This document shows positions 59,669-64,000 of a stretch of 64,000 bases of DNA, piece by piece; the stretch's first letter is position 1, and each line of letters opens with the position of its first letter. The stretch comes from an uncultured delta proteobacterium. GTDB taxonomy: Bacteria > Myxococcota > B64-G9. Below the pieces are notes generated by a model. It was not told the origin of the DNA, made no database searches, and saw only the letters and a list, made by a program, of their open reading frames with translations. Where the stretch lies: positions 1,248,001-1,312,000 of the forward strand of contig CAVWHX010000004.1 of assembly GCA_963754925.1 (NCBI GenBank). The letters are read 5' to 3'. The translations under genes and the position numbers were made by a program.

Positions 59669-61883
59669 GAAGATAAAGGTCACTCATCCCTTGCTTGACG
59701 GCCTCAGCGCTGAATTGGTGGAGGCGTTTTTTGAAGACGCCTGTACGGAACCCCACGCCATACTTGGTGTCCATGAATTCACCCGTTCTGGTCGCAGCGG
59801 CCTCGTGGTGCGTGTTTTTCATCCTGACGCGACCGCGGCCGAGATCATAGTGGGGGATCATGCGCGCGTTCCGGCCGAGGCGGTTGCGCTGGGCCTGTTC
59901 GCTACGTTCCTACCGGATCAGCATTTTCCGTTCAGCTACCGCGTGTGTTTCACTTTTGCGGACGGTAAGAGCTGGTCTGGCGACGACCCCTATCGATTCC
60001 TGCCAACCCTCAATGAGGAAGACTTAAAGCTGCTGGCGGTGGGTCGGCATCTGAAGGTATACGAGAAGCTTGGCGCTCACCCGTGTCGTATCGATGGTTG
60101 TGATGGGGTTGCCTTCGCGGTCTGGGCGCCGAATGCCAAACGCGTTTCGCTCATCGGTGAATTCAATGCGTGGGATGGCCGGATCTTTCCGATGCGTCGC
60201 CTGGGCGTCTCCGGCATCTGGGAGTTATTTGTTCCCGCCATTCAGATGGGAATGTTGTATAAATTCGAACTCAAAACTCAAGAGGGAATGCTCAGGCCGA
60301 AGACCGATCCCTTTGCCTTTGCCATGGAGCTGCGGCCGGAGACCGCCTCGCTGGTTTGTGGGCTGTCAACCTACCAGTGGGGAGACGAGCACTGGATGGA
60401 GGAACGCAAAGGTCGGGATTTGCGTAATTCCCCGATGGCCATATACGAGGTACATCTGGGGTCCTGGCAGCGCATGCCAGGCGAAGCGCACCGCTGGCTG
60501 ACCTATCGTGAGCTGGCCGAGCGATTGGTCCCCCATATGCATAACCATGGTTTTAATTACCTCGAACTCCTGCCGGTGGCCGAGCATTCCTTTGATCCCT
60601 CGTGGGGCTACCAGGTAACCGGTTACTATGCACCGACCAGCCGTTATGGCTCCCCCGACGACTTTCGCTTTTTTGTAGACCAATGTCACCAGGCGGGGAT
60701 CGGTGTCATACTCGATTGGGTGCCGGCGCATTTTCCCCGGGACGATTTCTCATTGCGGCGTTTCGACGGCACCGCTCTGTATGAGCACGACGACCCGCGC
60801 CTCGGCGAGCACAAGGAGTGGGGGACGCTGGTCTTCAATTACGGCCGTCATGAGGTTCGCAATTTCCTGGTGAGCAACGCGCTGTACTGGCTTGAACAAT
60901 TTCATATCGATGGGCTGCGAGTCGACGCGGTGGCCTCGATGATCTACCTGGATTACAACCGCAAGGATGGCGAGTGGGTGCCGAATCGGTATGGCGGCAA
61001 AGAGAACCTCGAGGCCCTGGCGTTTTTACGCGAATTCAATACCGAGGTGTATGCCCACTTCCCGGGCGCCTTTACCGTGGCCGAGGAATCGACGGCTTTC
61101 GGGGGGGTTTCTCGGCCCGTGTACCTGGGCGGCCTTGGGTTTGGTTTCAAGTGGAACATGGGGTGGATGAACGATACCCTGCGATACTTCCGTAAGGATC
61201 CGATCCACCGCAAGTACCACCATAACGACCTGACCTTCAGCATGCTGTATGCCTATACCGAGAATTTTATTCTGCCGCTTTCGCACGACGAAGTGGCGCA
61301 GGGCAAGGGATCACTGTACGACCAGATGCCGGGCGATCACTGGCAGCGCCTGGCCAATTTGCGGCTTCTCTACAGTTTCATGTTCTCGCATCCGGGTAAG
61401 AAGCTGCTCTTCATGGGGGCCGAGTTTGGACAGGGTCGGGAGTGGAATGTATACCACAGCCTCGACTGGCATGAGGCGACCGAGAAAGAGCGCGGCGGCT
61501 TGCAGCGTTTTGTCAAAGACCTGGTTCGGTTCTACAACAATGAAAAAGCGCTCTACGCCAACGAAATGGAGCCCGGGGGATTTTTCTGGATCGACTGCAA
61601 TGATGCAGCCAACGGCGTCATATCGTACCTGCGCTGGGGAGCGGGCGAAGATATTATCGTCGTGCTTAACCTTTCGCCGGTGGTGCGCACGCGGTATCGT
61701 ATTGGTGCCCCGCGTCCAGGGCGCTATCGCGAGGTTCTGAACTCCGACGCGAACCAGTACGGGGGCAGCGGCGTTGGTAACGGTGAATATGTGGCGACAC
61801 TACCCGAAGCAATGCACGGGCATCCCCAGTGCTTTCAATTGACACTCCCGCCACTGGGTGCGCTTTTTCTTAAGTCGAGTTAA
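59658..61883 (+). CDS. glgB: 1,4-alpha-glucan branching enzyme
   Basis: FAVWAPNA, IYEVHLGSW, SWGYQVTGY, DWVPAHF, GLRVDAVASM, AEEST, KWNMGWM, LSHDEV. Confidence 0.96.
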   Translation: MIRKKIKVTHPLLDGLSAELVEAFFEDACTEPHAILGVHEFTRSGRSGLVVRVFHPDATAAEIIVGDHARVPAEAVALGLFATFLPDQHFPFSYRVCFTFADGKSWSGDDPYRFLPTLNEEDLKLLAVGRHLKVYEKLGAHPCRIDGCDGVAFAVWAPNAKRVSLIGEFNAWDGRIFPMRRLGVSGIWELFVPAIQMGMLYKFELKTQEGMLRPKTDPFAFAMELRPETASLVCGLSTYQWGDEHWMEERKGRDLRNSPMAIYEVHLGSWQRMPGEAHRWLTYRELAERLVPHMHNHGFNYLELLPVAEHSFDPSWGYQVTGYYAPTSRYGSPDDFRFFVDQCHQAGIGVILDWVPAHFPRDDFSLRRFDGTALYEHDDPRLGEHKEWGTLVFNYGRHEVRNFLVSNALYWLEQFHIDGLRVDAVASMIYLDYNRKDGEWVPNRYGGKENLEALAFLREFNTEVYAHFPGAFTVAEESTAFGGVSRPVYLGGLGFGFKWNMGWMNDTLRYFRKDPIHRKYHHNDLTFSMLYAYTENFILPLSHDEVAQGKGSLYDQMPGDHWQRLANLRLLYSFMFSHPGKKLLFMGAEFGQGREWNVYHSLDWHEATEKERGGLQRFVKDLVRFYNNEKALYANEMEPGGFFWIDCNDAANGVISYLRWGAGEDIIVVLNLSPVVRTRYRIGAPRPGRYREVLNSDANQYGGSGVGNGEYVATLPEAMHGHPQCFQLTLPPLGALFLKSS

Positions 61884-62225
61884 CCTCGCGCAATTTCTTG
61901 GTTGCATCTTTGTACACGGAACAATGTCCGAAAATCTCTTCTTGGAACAAGAATACATTCTCGTGATATTTGATAAAATCAATCAGCCGATCAAATAGAA
62001 TTTTGTCTTCACAACTGTGCTCAAATTGATATGCGCTGAAGCGTCATTAAAGTAGTAGGTATATGCGAACATTATTATGAACTATGCAAGAACTGACGAG
62101 AATAAGAATAAACCTGCAAGGTGCAATCTCTTGACAATTCGAATTCGGCTAACCAAGGAATTGCAAGAACGACGATTTTTTTCTATAGTTTGTCCCGCGG
62201 ATTATTTAAACATCGATAAGGGGAA

Positions 62226-63770
62226 ATGATCCCGATGAAGGAACCGATGGTCAGAGAATATACTTTTGGCGTCTTACTGCATCCCCTGAGCATAGCTGGC
62301 CGCTGGGGGAATGGAGTACTGGATACCACGGCGTACGGGTTTATCGACTGGTTGGCCGAAGCCGGAGCGCGCCACTGGCAGGTGCTCCCCCTCGGGCCGA
62401 CCGGCTATGGCGACTCGCCCTACCAGTCGTTGTCAGCATTCGCCGGTAATCCCTATTTGATTGATCCGGAGAAGCTTTTTTCATCCGGTTGGCTTCCGGC
62501 CGAGGAGCCGCCGGCGTTTCCGATCGATCGGATAGACTATGGGGGGATTTACGAATGGCGTTGGCCGTTTTTGCGCCGAGCGTTTACGGGGTTTCTCAAA
62601 CATGCACGGACGGCAGAACGCGAGGAGTTAAAGAATTTTCGCGCCCGTTCAGCGACCTGGATTGAATGCTACGCCTTGTACTCAGCTCTCAAGGAGCACT
62701 TTTTGGGCCAGGCTTGGTTCGACTGGCCCGAGCCGTACCGACGGCGCGATGACAAGGCTCTTCGAGAGGTGCGGAAAGAATTGCAGAAGGCGATCGATTT
62801 TTATGTCTGGACGCAGTGGGTGTTTGCGCGTCAGTGGCAGCAATTGCGCGCGTATGCCAGGAAACGCGCGGTGAGCATCATCGGCGACATGCCGATCTTT
62901 GTGGCCTATGATTCGGCCGATGTCTGGATGCATCCAGAATATTTCTTGCTGGACGAGGGGCTCAAACCAACGGTGGTAGCGGGAGTGCCGCCTGATTATT
63001 TCAGCCAAACTGGTCAGCGTTGGGGCAACCCGCTCTACCGATGGGAACAATTGCAAGCCGAAGGTTTCAGCTGGTGGATCGAGCGCGTCCGAACGATGCT
63101 GACGCTCTGCGATCAGGTACGCATCGATCACTTCCGGGGTTTTGAGGCATGCTGGCAAATTCCAGCCGATCAGCCGACGGCGGTGTACGGCCAATGGGTA
63201 AAGGCTCCGGGCGAGGCGTTGTTGAAAGCTATGCAAACAACCCTCGGCACGCTGCCGATCATTGCTGAGGATCTCGGCATGATTACCCCCGAAGTCGAGG
63301 CGTTGCGTGACCGCTTTGAGCTTCCTGGCATGAAAGTATTGCAGTTTGCCTTCGGTGGGGATCTCAAGAATCCGTTCTTGCCACACAACTATCCCCGCCA
63401 TTGCAACAGCCTGGTTTACACCGGTACTCACGATAACGATACCACGCTTGGCTGGTATCGCAGTTTAGGCGAAAACGAGCGCTCGTTTTTACACGCCTAC
63501 CTCAAACGCTACCATCTTACGATAAAGAAAGATTATGATGCCCCCTGGGTCTTACTCACGCTGGCTCTGAAGAGTCACGCGAAGCAGGCGATCGTGCCGC
63601 TGCAGGATCTCCTTGGGCTGGGAACAGAGTCGCGCATGAATTTCCCCTCTCATATTGAAGGGAACTGGGCTTGGCGATACCAACCAGACGCTCTCGACCC
63701 GAAACTCTCCAAGCGCTTGAAAGAACTTCTTGTCGCCACTCACCGTGCAGGTAAGGACGGAATGAGTTAG
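62226..63770 (+). CDS. malQ: 4-alpha-glucanotransferase (amylomaltase, GH77)
   Basis: WQVLPLGP, SPYQS.SAFAGNP, GDMPIFV, GVPPDYFS, RIDHFRG, AEDLG, YTGTHDN. Confidence 0.95.
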   Translation: MIPMKEPMVREYTFGVLLHPLSIAGRWGNGVLDTTAYGFIDWLAEAGARHWQVLPLGPTGYGDSPYQSLSAFAGNPYLIDPEKLFSSGWLPAEEPPAFPIDRIDYGGIYEWRWPFLRRAFTGFLKHARTAEREELKNFRARSATWIECYALYSALKEHFLGQAWFDWPEPYRRRDDKALREVRKELQKAIDFYVWTQWVFARQWQQLRAYARKRAVSIIGDMPIFVAYDSADVWMHPEYFLLDEGLKPTVVAGVPPDYFSQTGQRWGNPLYRWEQLQAEGFSWWIERVRTMLTLCDQVRIDHFRGFEACWQIPADQPTAVYGQWVKAPGEALLKAMQTTLGTLPIIAEDLGMITPEVEALRDRFELPGMKVLQFAFGGDLKNPFLPHNYPRHCNSLVYTGTHDNDTTLGWYRSLGENERSFLHAYLKRYHLTIKKDYDAPWVLLTLALKSHAKQAIVPLQDLLGLGTESRMNFPSHIEGNWAWRYQPDALDPKLSKRLKELLVATHRAGKDGMS

Positions 63771-63792
63771 GCAGTCGAACGGAGAAAATACC

Positions 63793-64000
63793 ATGATCCG
63801 TACGAAAGAAGAATACAAAGCCAGTTTGCGTGATGGCAGAGTCGTGTATATTACGGGAGAAAAGGTGGAAGATATCACCGCACACCCTGTTCTTGGGATT
63901 ACCTGTGAAACCGTCGGCGCTGGCTATGACCTTTGCGCCTCGAAGGACCCGGCCATACGGGATCTGTATGTCGCCGCTCACCCTGAAACCGGCGAATCGA
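63793..64000 (+). CDS. HpaB/AbfD-family (4-hydroxyphenylacetate 3-hydroxylase / 4-hydroxybutyryl-CoA dehydratase) N-terminus, truncated by the window end
   Basis: GGAG RBS; MIRTKEEYKASLRDGRVVYITGEKVEDITAHP. Confidence 0.75.
   Translation, partial: MIRTKEEYKASLRDGRVVYITGEKVEDITAHPVLGITCETVGAGYDLCASKDPAIRDLYVAAHPETGES

Overview
GC-rich bacterial chromosomal segment. Gene content points to a Myxococcota/deltaproteobacterial-type organism with some anaerobic traits (inference). In order: a MoxR-DUF58-BatABCDE-like operon; bamD-lipoprotein-TPR-FHA/DUF4388 genes; murJ with a DUF4398/OmpA lipoprotein pair; small signalling genes (DUF2378-like, PilZ, a Cys-rich microprotein, a KOW protein); speA with a frameshifted FHA gene; amidohydrolase, histidine kinase, CPBP, rubrerythrin, OFA-MFS, YjbQ, GNAT and EndoQ-like genes; a DUF4175-like/TPR zinc-peptidase/MoxR operon; a TraB-like OmpA protein with six 87-bp repeats; wzc-degT-upxY; an IS1182-family element inserted in the loop of a GTAG-type REP; a VIT-vWA gene; an AT-richer island of GT-C/GT2 glycosyltransferases; an apparent operon of cheY(difD-like)-cheA(difE-like)-larB-larC-glgB; malQ; and the start of a HpaB/AbfD-family gene. 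Six single-base frameshifts in otherwise intact genes suggest assembly indel errors. I found no rRNA, tRNA or CRISPR array. Family calls come from recognising motifs by eye, not from database searches.
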